Shown: piece after piece, positions 1 through 9,191 of the stretch
Numbering within the stretch: position 1 is the stretch's first letter
Layout of the letters: each line of letters begins with the position of its first letter
DNA from: Candidatus Undinarchaeota archaeon
Lineage (GTDB): Archaea; SpSt-1190; JASMDC01
Length of the DNA stretch: 64,000 bases
NCBI GenBank assembly: GCA_964519305.1
Contig: CAZFHY010000016.1
Span: forward strand, 32,001 to 96,000
Direction: 5' to 3'
Program-made: the position numbers and the translations under genes
The notes under the pieces: generated by a model
Database searches by the model: none
What the model was told of the DNA's origin: nothing
The model's input: the letters and a program-made list of their open reading frames with translations, nothing else

Positions 1-378
1 TGCCGCCGGGAGCTCTCCGGGGTCCTCGAGGGATGGAAGGAAGGGAGATGCTGGGTGGCAGAGGACGACGGCAAGGTCGTCGGCCTGGTGGGGATCATGC
101 GTGATGACGAGGTAGACGATATCGCCTGGCTCGGTTATTTCGCCGTGGACCCGGCCCACCATCGTCGGGGGCTGGGGAAGCAGCTCTTCGAGGTAGCGGT
201 GGCCGCAGCAAGGGAAGGCAACTACAGGCGCCTGTACGTTGACACGAGCTCGACCGCGCCCTTTACCGCGGCACGTGCCTTCTACAAGGCCATGGGACTG
301 TCCCTTGACGCGATGCTCCCCGGTTTCTACGGAAAAGGTGAGGACCAGCTGTTCTTTCGCCTGTCCCTGCGTGACTGA
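1..378 (+). CDS. GNAT family N-acetyltransferase (probably 5'-truncated by window edge)
   Basis: AVDPAHHRRGLGKQL acetyl-CoA binding motif A; ARAFYKAMG motif B; frame open to window start. Confidence 0.85.
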   Translation, partial: CRRELSGVLEGWKEGRCWVAEDDGKVVGLVGIMRDDEVDDIAWLGYFAVDPAHHRRGLGKQLFEVAVAAAREGNYRRLYVDTSSTAPFTAARAFYKAMGLSLDAMLPGFYGKGEDQLFFRLSLRD

Positions 379-421
379 GGCCAGTGGATTTTTATAGGAT
401 CGGGTCCTTGAGTAATGCATC

Positions 422-730
422 GTGTTCCGCGGACTGGGCCAGTGTCCTCATTGCGGTCGTATGGTCGCGATCTACGGCGATGTCCGTCCGTACGATCCTG
501 ACCAGCTCACGGCGGGTACGTCGTTACCGACTGGCCCACCCTCATCCGGGGAACCACCTCCGCCACCGGCCGGCGATGGTGCGAAGCAGGAGACATCGGG
601 TGGCATATTCTCCAAGATACAATCAATTTTCAACTCGGGCATAGTGATGTCGGTCCGCAAGGTCCTGAACCTGGCGCTCTTCGCCCTGATCGTGGCCATA
701 CTGGGCTATTACAGCCTCGGGTACGGATAG
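422..730 (+). CDS. small membrane protein (N-terminal CPHC, Pro-rich linker, C-terminal TM helix)
   Basis: TTTTATA about 30 nt upstream of GTG; CPHCG; hydrophobic C-terminus. Confidence 0.6.
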   Translation: MFRGLGQCPHCGRMVAIYGDVRPYDPDQLTAGTSLPTGPPSSGEPPPPPAGDGAKQETSGGIFSKIQSIFNSGIVMSVRKVLNLALFALIVAILGYYSLGYG

Positions 731-825
731 CGGTCCCTTCCGAGCGTTGACCGTGAGGGAAAAACAATAAATACAGGCTAACCTGCTAGAAATGGCTGTA
801 AAGAGAGATAGGAGGGAGAAATACC

Positions 826-1086
826 GTGGATGATAACACACGAGTGGTCGAGCGGGTCGTTGGCGAGGCTGTCGGTACGAAGTGTCGGAAACACAAGCAT
901 CATGATCCGAAGGTCAAGCTGAACATACCCACGGACGCCGCAATCTGTCTCGACGATACCCTCAAGGGGCGCATAAAGTCACTGTGCACCGAGAAGGAGG
1001 ATATCTCCTCAGACGTACAAGAGACGATGGAGGACTCCGTTTCCTTGTGGGTGGAGGGGCTCGGTCGCTCCATGGACAGTGAGTGA
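826..1086 (+). CDS. hypothetical protein
   Basis: GGAGGGAG SD-like element upstream of GTG; fills intergenic gap. Confidence 0.5.
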   Translation: MDDNTRVVERVVGEAVGTKCRKHKHHDPKVKLNIPTDAAICLDDTLKGRIKSLCTEKEDISSDVQETMEDSVSLWVEGLGRSMDSE

Positions 1087-1139
1087 GCGCTCCGGCCGGG
1101 GCAACCTTTTTTAATACTCTCACGTTCTTCCATCACACA

Positions 1140-1640
1140 ATGGACGACAAGATCCGATTGGGTGGACGTAAGCTTCCTCTGCTTGAGCTATCGCGAGGAG
1201 GTGTCGACCTCGAGGATGCGGCCAAAGGGGTGGGCCCCAGTGCTTCCTCGCAGGACCTTGCCTTCCAGGCGGTACACCGCGCGACAGAGCGTCTCAAGGA
1301 GAACGGCTTCATCGGCCGGGACGAGAAGCAGTTACGCGAGCGGGACCAACAGGTGGCCGAGGCCTTCGAGCGGAAGGAACGGTTCGTCCTGGCCGAGGTG
1401 TCCCCCGTACCATCTGATGCTCTCGTACGGGCGCTCGATGACCTCCGCGCAGGTCGCACAGGGCCCATGAAGCACGTCGTGCGTCACACCCTTGCCCTGA
1501 GCGGCAAGGCCGACCGACGTCTCCTTGCAGAAGCGGTCCACCTCGATGTGGAGCATCTATCCCCTCTCGTGGACGAACTTGTGCGCGAGGGCAGGATCGA
1601 GGACCATGACGGGGAGCTTTCGCTCCCGGACCGGACATAA
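1140..1640 (+). CDS. hypothetical protein with possible C-terminal winged helix
   Basis: TTTTTAAT box about 30 nt upstream of ATG 1140; C-terminal LAEAVHLDVEHLSPLVDELVREGRI is wHTH-like. Confidence 0.55.
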   Translation: MDDKIRLGGRKLPLLELSRGGVDLEDAAKGVGPSASSQDLAFQAVHRATERLKENGFIGRDEKQLRERDQQVAEAFERKERFVLAEVSPVPSDALVRALDDLRAGRTGPMKHVVRHTLALSGKADRRLLAEAVHLDVEHLSPLVDELVREGRIEDHDGELSLPDRT

Positions 1641-1697
1641 GGTCCACAAAAGGTATTATCACATCCACCCTCTCAGGTGGAACGGGAGGATGACCCA

Positions 1698-3176
1698 ATG
1701 AGCGACATAGTGCTTGTCCAGCCGCATATAGCCATGCTCGATGAGCTGCTCGACCGCTCCACGCTCCCCATCTCTCTCCTCGTGGCCGCCTCGGTGGTGG
1801 CCCAGGACCATCGGGTAGTCCTCATCGACCAGCGCACCAGCCGTGACTGGGAGGGCGAGCTGCGTGCCGCGGTGCGCTCTGGACCAACGTGCGTGGGCCT
1901 CACGGCAATGACGGGTGCCCAGATTACGGGCGCGCTCGCCGCGTCTGCTGTGGTGAAGGACGAGGACCCCGATGTCCCTGTCGTGTGGGGAGGGCCTCAT
2001 CCGACCCTCGATCCCGAGGGCACCGTCCGCCATCCGTTGGTGGACGTGGCCGTCGTGGGCGATGGTGAGCACACCCTGGTGGACCTCGTGAACGCCCTCG
2101 AGACGGGCAGGCCCCTGTCCACAGTGAAGGGCATCGTGTACGCGGACGGAGAAGCGGTGCGCGTGAACCCGCGCCGGCCCCACACGGACCTCGACGAGAT
2201 TCCCGACCCGCCCTTTCACCTGGTGGACATCGAGCAGTATATCATCCGGCGCAGGGACCGACGCTGCCTTAGTCTATGCACCTCGCGGGGGTGTCCCTAC
2301 CGGTGCACCTACTGCTTTTCATCCGTGGAGTGCAACGGACGATGGCGCGCAATGTCGGCGTCGCGGACCCTGGACCTGGTGACCTCCGCAGTAGAGCGGT
2401 TCGACCTCGGATTCGTGTGGTTCGCCGAGCAGAACGCCTTCGTCGACCGACGGCGCATGCTCGATATCTGCCAGGGTTTCGTGGACCGCGGACTGGACAT
2501 CCTCTGGGAGGCAGAGGCCCATGTCACCGGCATGTCCCGATTCACCGATGACGAGCTGGACCTGGTGGCGCGCGCCGGATTGGCCGACATCGTAATCGGC
2601 GTGGAGACAGGCTCCCAACGGATCGCCGACATGATCAGGAAGGACCTCAGGCTTGACACCGTGGCCCCCTTCAACCGTCGTCTCGCACAACACTCTTTCC
2701 ACCCTCGCTACTGCTTCATGACCGCTTACCCAGGCGAGACCGAGGAGGAGCTTGCCGACACCGTCCGGCTCATGCACACACTCCTGGAAGAGAATCCGCG
2801 CGCATCGACCACATGCCTTAATCCCGTGATCCCATATCCGAACTCGGCCTACCTCGCCGAGGCGGAGCAGTGGGGCCTTTCCCCCCCTGACTCGCTGGAG
2901 GGGTGGGTGCGGTACGACGCCTATGTGGTGCTGCAGGACGGCCTCGAGCGGTCCTTCCCCTGGGTAACACCGGAGCGCGCAGGGCTGCTCAAACGCCTGT
3001 ATATGCTCTCCTCGTTCACCGATGACAAGCTGGACTTCGTCGGGGACCCGGTCATCCGGCTCCTCTATCGGCTCTACCGGCCAATAGCACGCACGAGGCT
3101 CTTCAGTATGAACACGGACCTCATGGGCGTCGAGGAGATGGCCTACCGAGTGGGGTACGAGTTCAAGAGCTCCTGA
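1698..3176 (+). CDS. B12-binding domain radical SAM protein
   Basis: N-terminal cobalamin-binding region (VVWGGPHPT); TSRGCPYRCTYC CxxxCxxC; GVETGSQ. Confidence 0.92.
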   Translation: MSDIVLVQPHIAMLDELLDRSTLPISLLVAASVVAQDHRVVLIDQRTSRDWEGELRAAVRSGPTCVGLTAMTGAQITGALAASAVVKDEDPDVPVVWGGPHPTLDPEGTVRHPLVDVAVVGDGEHTLVDLVNALETGRPLSTVKGIVYADGEAVRVNPRRPHTDLDEIPDPPFHLVDIEQYIIRRRDRRCLSLCTSRGCPYRCTYCFSSVECNGRWRAMSASRTLDLVTSAVERFDLGFVWFAEQNAFVDRRRMLDICQGFVDRGLDILWEAEAHVTGMSRFTDDELDLVARAGLADIVIGVETGSQRIADMIRKDLRLDTVAPFNRRLAQHSFHPRYCFMTAYPGETEEELADTVRLMHTLLEENPRASTTCLNPVIPYPNSAYLAEAEQWGLSPPDSLEGWVRYDAYVVLQDGLERSFPWVTPERAGLLKRLYMLSSFTDDKLDFVGDPVIRLLYRLYRPIARTRLFSMNTDLMGVEEMAYRVGYEFKSS

Positions 3177-3186
3177 GGCGGTCCGC

Positions 3187-3612
3187 TCACGACAGCATAT
3201 CGGCGTACAGACAGATCGGGGGTTTGGCCATACCGTCAGCGAGTATGAAGGTCAGCCTGTCATCTGCGCGGGCGATGGACAGGGAGCGGCCGTCGAGAAC
3301 ATCGGACCCCACGTAGAACCCGCTCTCGTTGCGGACGTAGCTGCCCGTATCGACGATGACATCGAGCCACTCATCCTCGGAGATGTCGTCCCCCCTGCCT
3401 TCGATATGGAGCCCGACCTCATCCTCATAGATGAACATCTTGGGCGCCTCAGGAAGGTAACCTCCAGCAGATACCACATAGCCGTTCCATGTCTCGATGT
3501 AGGTGCCCTGATTGAACACCTCTTCGATGCGTCCGAGGCTGGCCTCGAGATCGTCGATGATCCCGTAGGAGGATAGCGGTCCACCTACTTCTGAGTATAA
3601 GAAATCCATCAT
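3187..3612 (-). CDS. hypothetical acidic protein
   Basis: Portion of the 3187..4002 ORF that does not overlap the + strand gene; start MMDFLY with AGGTGA SD. Confidence 0.55.
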   Translation of the reverse strand: MMDFLYSEVGGPLSSYGIIDDLEASLGRIEEVFNQGTYIETWNGYVVSAGGYLPEAPKMFIYEDEVGLHIEGRGDDISEDEWLDVIVDTGSYVRNESGFYVGSDVLDGRSLSIARADDRLTFILADGMAKPPICLYADMLS

Positions 3613-3748
3613 CTCTTTCACCTGGGGGGGTAGGATTGAAAGGTGCGTCAATCGTTTATAAAACCGCCCTGACATATGGTGCCACGGAACACTGTGCGAG
3701 GAGTGCTCGTTTTTTAAACTCCCGCTCTCTCGGGACCGGGTACCGATA

Positions 3749-5245
3749 ATGGTCGACGTCGTGCTTGTCCAGCCCAAGGTCGCCATACAGGACGAGCTGC
3801 AGGACCGTCCCACGCTCCCGCTCTCGCTCATGATGGCCGCGTCGCTCGTATGCCGCGAGCGCTCGGTGAGCCTGATCGACCAGCGGGTGACGCCCGGCTG
3901 GGAGCAGGAACTACGCAACGCGGTGCGCTCGGGACCGGTGTGCGTAGGGGTGACCGCCATGACAGGCCCCCAGATCATGCGTGCGCTCGAGGTGGCAGAC
4001 ATCGTGCGGGACGAGGACCCCGAGATACCGGTCGTGTGGGGAGGGCCTCATGCGACGCTGGATCCCGACGGGACGGTGCGACATCCTCTGGTGGATGCCG
4101 TCGTTATCGGTGACGGGGAGGTGACGCTGTGGGAGTACGTCCGTGCCCTGGAGGACGGAAGCGACCTCGGTAACGTGCACGGGCTCGCGCATTTACGGAA
4201 CGGGAAGGTACGCATCGCCCCCCGACGCCCTAATATCGGCCTGGACGAGCTGCCCGATCCACCCTTCCACCTCCTGGACGCCGAGCGATACGTGTTCAAG
4301 CGTCGTGGCCGAAGATGCATGAACCTCTCTACCGTTCGCGGCTGTCCCCACCAGTGCACGTTCTGCTACTCTCCCGTGGAGTGCCATGGCAGATGGCGTG
4401 CCCTCTCTGCTGCCCGGACGCTCGATCTCACCGAGTCCGTCGTGGAGCGGTACCGACTGGGCTTCGTGTGGTACATGGAGCAGAACTCGCTCGTGGACCG
4501 CGAACGGGCACTGGCCATCGGCAAAGGGCTCCTGGACCGGGGATTGGACGTGCTCTGGGAGGCCGAGGCCCACGTGAGCAGCATCAAGCGTCTCACCGAC
4601 GAAGATCTCGCCCTGCTGGCCAGGAGCGGTCTATCTGACGTGGTCATCGGCGTGGAGTCGGGCTCACAGCATATGGTGGACCTGCTGCAAAAGGGCATCC
4701 GCGTCGACGACGTGGTTGCGCTCAACCGCAGGCTGGCCCGGTATCCGTTCAATCCCCGGTTCAGCTTCATGTGCGGATTCCCTGGAGAGACCGAAGAGAT
4801 GCTGCACGCCACGCTGTCGCTGATCGTAGGCCTCCACAGGGACAATCCTCTCACCTCCACGTCCTGCCTGAACCCTGCCATACCGTTCCCCGGGACACCG
4901 TACCTGGAGCTCGCCATGCGTCACGGGCTGGAGCCTCCAACGGACCTGGCCGGTTGGGCAGCCTATACCCCGCACGAGGCGCTGGCCCAAGGGCTGGACA
5001 CGCTCCTGCCATGGATCGACCTGGAGCGTGCCGACCTGCTGCGCCGATTGTACGTCGCCTCATCGTTCATGGACGACAAATCCGTGTACGTCGAAGGCCG
5101 TATCCTCCAGCTACTGTCCCGTGCCTACCGTCCTATTGCCAAAGCACGGTTGGCCTCAGGTAACACGGAGATGATGGAGCTCGAGGACGCTCTGTACTGG
5201 GAAGGACGCGAGCTTGTGTCCGGTCGTCGACGCGCGGCCCGTTGA
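3749..5245 (+). CDS. B12-binding domain radical SAM protein (paralog of 1698..3176)
   Basis: VVWGGPHAT; TVRGCPHQCTFC; colinear with the upstream paralog over the full length. Confidence 0.92.
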   Translation: MVDVVLVQPKVAIQDELQDRPTLPLSLMMAASLVCRERSVSLIDQRVTPGWEQELRNAVRSGPVCVGVTAMTGPQIMRALEVADIVRDEDPEIPVVWGGPHATLDPDGTVRHPLVDAVVIGDGEVTLWEYVRALEDGSDLGNVHGLAHLRNGKVRIAPRRPNIGLDELPDPPFHLLDAERYVFKRRGRRCMNLSTVRGCPHQCTFCYSPVECHGRWRALSAARTLDLTESVVERYRLGFVWYMEQNSLVDRERALAIGKGLLDRGLDVLWEAEAHVSSIKRLTDEDLALLARSGLSDVVIGVESGSQHMVDLLQKGIRVDDVVALNRRLARYPFNPRFSFMCGFPGETEEMLHATLSLIVGLHRDNPLTSTSCLNPAIPFPGTPYLELAMRHGLEPPTDLAGWAAYTPHEALAQGLDTLLPWIDLERADLLRRLYVASSFMDDKSVYVEGRILQLLSRAYRPIAKARLASGNTEMMELEDALYWEGRELVSGRRRAAR

Positions 5246-5309
5246 GCGCGGAACGCTCTACACAGGTATCGCTCTGCGATGGGACTCTCTGCAGCACCCG
5301 GGGGTCGGA

Positions 5310-6089
5310 CTACCGGCGCCGTCGCCTAGATCGCGTGGGTTTATCCGCGGTACTCTCCGTTTTCTTGTCCGCTGTCTTCGCTACGAGGATGGGATTGCCC
5401 CTGGCATCGTCCTTGAGCTCGATGTACCCGCGGTTCGCGGCCTCCTTCACGAAGGCCTTGAACTGCTTGAACCCGTACTCACGCTCGTTGAACGATGGGT
5501 CCTTGCGCAGCAGGTGGTTCTTGATACCGAAGAGGCGGATGTCCTCTCCATCGGTCGTGGTCAGGACATCGACCAGGAACTTGAACCCGGCGTCCGCGTC
5601 CTGCTTGACCGTTCCCAGCATCGAGTCGTACGAGATGAACTCGTCCGAGTTCGAGATGAGGAGCGCGGAGGTGCGGTCCTTGACACCCACGGTTATGACG
5701 TACTTGCCGTTCTCGCGCAGGCGGGAGACCATCGGAGCGAAGTCCGAGTCGCCCGATAGGATGACGAATATGTCGATGAGCGGGTTCTGGTACACAATCT
5801 CCAACGCGTCCACAGCGATACGGATATCGGCGTTGTTCTTGTTGGAGCCGGGATGTGTGGGAAGATGGACCATCTCCACGGCGCTGGACGTCAGTGTGTC
5901 CTGGTACCAGCGTCCCCAGCGCTTCCAGTCGGCGTAAGCGCGCTTGACGATGAGACGTCCCCTGTCACGGATCGTGTCGATGACCTTGGTGACATCGAAC
6001 CGCTCTTTCTTGAACGTGGTTTCGACCCCGATGGCCATGTTATCATAATCGACGAGGAGAGCGATGTTTGAGACCTTTTGATCTGCCAT
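5310..6089 (-). CDS. NYN (LabA/DUF88) domain protein with C-terminal OST-HTH/LOTUS domain
   Basis: VDYDN, KNNADIRIAVD, LSGDSDF NYN motifs; KDPSFNEREYGFKQF LOTUS motif. Confidence 0.9.
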   Translation of the reverse strand: MADQKVSNIALLVDYDNMAIGVETTFKKERFDVTKVIDTIRDRGRLIVKRAYADWKRWGRWYQDTLTSSAVEMVHLPTHPGSNKNNADIRIAVDALEIVYQNPLIDIFVILSGDSDFAPMVSRLRENGKYVITVGVKDRTSALLISNSDEFISYDSMLGTVKQDADAGFKFLVDVLTTTDGEDIRLFGIKNHLLRKDPSFNEREYGFKQFKAFVKEAANRGYIELKDDARGNPILVAKTADKKTESTADKPTRSRRRRR

Positions 6090-6183
6090 ATAAATCGTCC
6101 AAAAGGGTTTTCTTTATAAGGGCACCCCTTGGTCCCCCGCGCGAGGAGAAAGGGTTATATCGTTTGTAGTACACATATATTCC

Positions 6184-6432
6184 ATGGACGGGGAGAAGAA
6201 CCTCGGCGAAGCCATCCGCTTCCTCACGACGCTTGACGACCGTGTCAAGAACCTCGATGCTCTCGACTATGGTCTCGTCAAGTGGAGCGCTTTCATCTCG
6301 GGAGCCCTGTGGGGTGCGCATCTCAGCGGCCTGGTCAAACGCCGACGATTCAAGCTATTCGGTATCGCTCTCGCTCTAAGTATCAGACCCACAGTGAAGA
6401 TGCTCCTTATACCGCCACCGCCCAGGGAATAG
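6184..6432 (+). CDS. small membrane protein
   Basis: TTATAT upstream; two hydrophobic segments. Confidence 0.55.
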   Translation: MDGEKNLGEAIRFLTTLDDRVKNLDALDYGLVKWSAFISGALWGAHLSGLVKRRRFKLFGIALALSIRPTVKMLLIPPPPRE

Positions 6433-6445
6433 GGCCGCAGCAGCC

Positions 6446-7636
6446 TCAGTACGCCAACAGACGTGCGGTCCAGCTCACGGCCTGTGGACCGATGAGGTTG
6501 AGTATGAACACTACCAGAAGGAAACTGGAGAGCATCTTGGCCGCTGTCGTCCTGATGCCACCACCATATTCCTCGGCGATATCCACCAGGATCCGCCCGC
6601 CGTCCAACGGGAACACGGGCAGGAGGTTGATAAGCCCGATCGAGAGGTGGAGGATGAAGATGTACGTGAACAGACCGACGCTCTTCTCGATGGCCCAGCG
6701 TCCAGAATCTCCGAGCGTCCCGGACCATTCAGGCCGGACCTCGCGCTTGCCTCTCGGATCGACGATGACGCCGAGATAGCCATGCTCGGGATTGTCCGGA
6801 TGAGCCGTGGTCATGACGCTGAAGGCGCCGCGATCGCTCGAGAGCTGGACCGTCTCGTTCGGCTTGACCTCTGCGAGCGCACCTGTGAACGTGTCGAAGT
6901 TGGATACGTCCACACCGTTGACCGCCGTGATGACCGTACCGTTGGGTATCCCTGCGAGCGCGGCAGGGAGCCCCTCGGTCGTGTCGAGGACCTCGATACC
7001 AACGGACATGGTCAATGCCTGGAACGCGGGGACTAGGACGAAGTTGATGAGCAGTGCAGCGGTCACGGCCGTGACCACGTTGGCGAAGGAACCGGCAGCA
7101 TAGATGTCCATACGTGCTCGCAGGCTCTTGCGCATGATCTTCGTCTCGTCCAGCTCCACACCCGCGCCGGGGATGACGATGAGGAGGAATAGCCAGAGGG
7201 TCTTGGGCTTGACTCCATGGGCCGCGGCGAAGATACCATGGGAGAACTCGTGGATGACCATCACCGTGATGATGGCGATCAGACCCTCGAACAAGGGGAT
7301 GTAGAATGGTGCGCCTGGAACACGGATGCCCGGTACCACGATGCCTACCGTGGCGGCGGGATTAACGGTCGGGGCGTTGAAGATGGTCCATACACCGTGG
7401 ACGAGGGCGGCCGATGCCAGGACCATGATCAGGAGGGAGATCCGGACGGAAAAGTAGCCTACGATCTTCAGGAGTCTGGCATGCTTCGTCCCGAACGCGT
7501 CGATGGCAGCAACACCCTCATCGGTCCGCTTGAGGAACAGGAGGCCGTTGCGCTCGATCTTGTTCCGCCACACGACGAGCATGAGGAACAGCAGGGACCC
7601 ATAGAAGGCAATGGCCATCTGCGACTGCGGGTCCAC
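6446..7636 (-). CDS. site-2 protease (peptidase M50) with PDZ domain
   Basis: HEFSH zinc motif; AGSFAN; PDZ-like PAALAGIPNGTVITAVNG; NLLPVFPLDGG. Confidence 0.93.
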   Translation of the reverse strand: MDPQSQMAIAFYGSLLFLMLVVWRNKIERNGLLFLKRTDEGVAAIDAFGTKHARLLKIVGYFSVRISLLIMVLASAALVHGVWTIFNAPTVNPAATVGIVVPGIRVPGAPFYIPLFEGLIAIITVMVIHEFSHGIFAAAHGVKPKTLWLFLLIVIPGAGVELDETKIMRKSLRARMDIYAAGSFANVVTAVTAALLINFVLVPAFQALTMSVGIEVLDTTEGLPAALAGIPNGTVITAVNGVDVSNFDTFTGALAEVKPNETVQLSSDRGAFSVMTTAHPDNPEHGYLGVIVDPRGKREVRPEWSGTLGDSGRWAIEKSVGLFTYIFILHLSIGLINLLPVFPLDGGRILVDIAEEYGGGIRTTAAKMLSSFLLVVFILNLIGPQAVSWTARLLAY

Positions 7637-7690
7637 GGGCGGAGGACGAATCGGATGCTTTATAGGGTTTTGCCTTACGCGAGCGGCGTT

Positions 7691-8599
7691 CTAGAGCTCT
7701 ACGAAGCTGACCTCGATGCGTCGTACGCCCCCGCTCTCGTAAACATCGACGTCCAGGCAGTCCGAGTAGGAGTGCGGATGACCGAGCGAGCCGGGATTGA
7801 GGAAGCAGGTGAGGTCGTACTGGTCCTTATCGTACTCGATGACCACCTTGTTCGGATGGGCAGGGTCCAAGCCGTCCACCTGGTACACGCGGAGGGCATC
7901 GGGATCGGGAGGCCGGTCCTTTGAGCGGGCCTTGGCCACGAAATCGATGGCCTTGTCCGAACTGTAGCCCGCCTGGTGGGAGTGGCCCGAGATGACCAGA
8001 CCTATGTCCGAATGTGCGTCGTACACCTCGCGGATCGCAGCGGAACCGAGCTCCTGGCCCACGTGACCCCTGCTGAGATACCCGCGGACGGGCTGGTGGG
8101 TGACGAGGACGCAGTCCTTGTTGTCGTCCACGCCAGCGAGAAGCGCCTCCATCCCGTTGGAGATGTGATCGGGAGAATAGTAGTGCCCCATCTTGAAGGT
8201 CTCGAAGATGGGATCCGAGTGCTCCATCCCGCCCCAACCGACGACCGTGAACCCGTCACCGATTACATCGGTGCCCTGGTGGATGTCGCGTAGTCCGCCT
8301 GTCGTTCGTGACAGCGCTTCCTGGTATACGGAGGGATGGTCGTGGTTGCCGGGGATGGCGTACGCGCCAAGGCCGGCAAGGATGTCGAGCTGTCCGACGG
8401 CCTCCTCCACACGCTCCTCGTGGTCGGAGAGGTCGTCAGCGACGTACGCACGAAGGTAATCACCGGCAGCGATGACCGAGCGTCCTTCGGACCGTGCGTG
8501 GTCGGCCAGCATTGAGAGCTTCGAAGTGTTCCCATGCAGGTCCGAGCACACGGTAAGGTGCAGCCGGTGCTCCTCATCGAGAACCCCCTGTGTTCCCAC
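7691..8599 (-). CDS. metallophosphoesterase (calcineurin-like)
   Basis: SDLHG, AGD, PGNHD, THQP, SGHSH motifs. Confidence 0.88.
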   Translation of the reverse strand: MGTQGVLDEEHRLHLTVCSDLHGNTSKLSMLADHARSEGRSVIAAGDYLRAYVADDLSDHEERVEEAVGQLDILAGLGAYAIPGNHDHPSVYQEALSRTTGGLRDIHQGTDVIGDGFTVVGWGGMEHSDPIFETFKMGHYYSPDHISNGMEALLAGVDDNKDCVLVTHQPVRGYLSRGHVGQELGSAAIREVYDAHSDIGLVISGHSHQAGYSSDKAIDFVAKARSKDRPPDPDALRVYQVDGLDPAHPNKVVIEYDKDQYDLTCFLNPGSLGHPHSYSDCLDVDVYESGGVRRIEVSFVEL

Positions 8600-8676
8600 G
8601 AGAAATGCAGCAGGTAAAGTTGGTTATAATGGTTTCGGTCCGGGCGCGGTCCGTCGTGCCACGGCTGCGAAGAGCC

Positions 8677-8709
8677 GGTCCCGCGGGGCCCGTCAGGACC
8701 CCGCGGACC
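8677..8709. terminator. GC-rich hairpin downstream of the 8724..9014 gene
   Basis: CCGCGGGG (8681-8688) pairs with CCCCGCGG (8699-8706); extendable by GGT/ACC. Confidence 0.35.
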
Positions 8710-8723
8710 AGACGAAAGCCTGT

Positions 8724-9014
8724 CTAATGGCTCTTGCGATAGAGGTCGTAGGCAGCTACGCCTACACCAGCGGCGACACCGGCGCCCCTGAAGGCGTACT
8801 CGACGTTCTCAGGAGCGGTGTCGAAGGCCTTGCCGAGGTACGTGTCAGCGTCGGTCATGCTGCAGAGGAAACCGCCGCCGATACCGCCCAGCATGCCACC
8901 GATGCCCACTTCGATGCAGGCGCTCATGACGTCCAGGTCGTCGGTCCGCTGGTAGCCGTCGGCCGCCGATGAGGCTCCGACCGCTGAGGTATCAAGGTCC
9001 ATGTCGTACATCAT
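8724..9014 (-). CDS. small Gly-rich membrane protein (glycine-zipper-like)
   Basis: AGGTGA SD before ATG; GIGGMLGGIGGG and GAGVAAGVGVAA helices. Confidence 0.55.
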   Translation of the reverse strand: MMYDMDLDTSAVGASSAADGYQRTDDLDVMSACIEVGIGGMLGGIGGGFLCSMTDADTYLGKAFDTAPENVEYAFRGAGVAAGVGVAAYDLYRKSH

Positions 9015-9191
9015 CTTCACCTTTTCTAGACTCCCGGCGCCCGAGGTCCGGCTTTTAAGCGTTTCCTTGGGCACCCCTTCTTCGGCCCCCTCTGTCCCCG
9101 TTCACCCAATACCTACGTCATGGGTACCTCGAATTTCGTCCCCCTGTCACAGTAACACTTAAAAGCCACCTGTCCCGCTCGTATTGACTGG

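Noticed and set aside
6446-7636. Site-2 protease as the processing enzyme for the PPAN leader
   Set aside because: It is a widespread archaeal gene about 25 kb away, and nothing in the sequence links it to the family.
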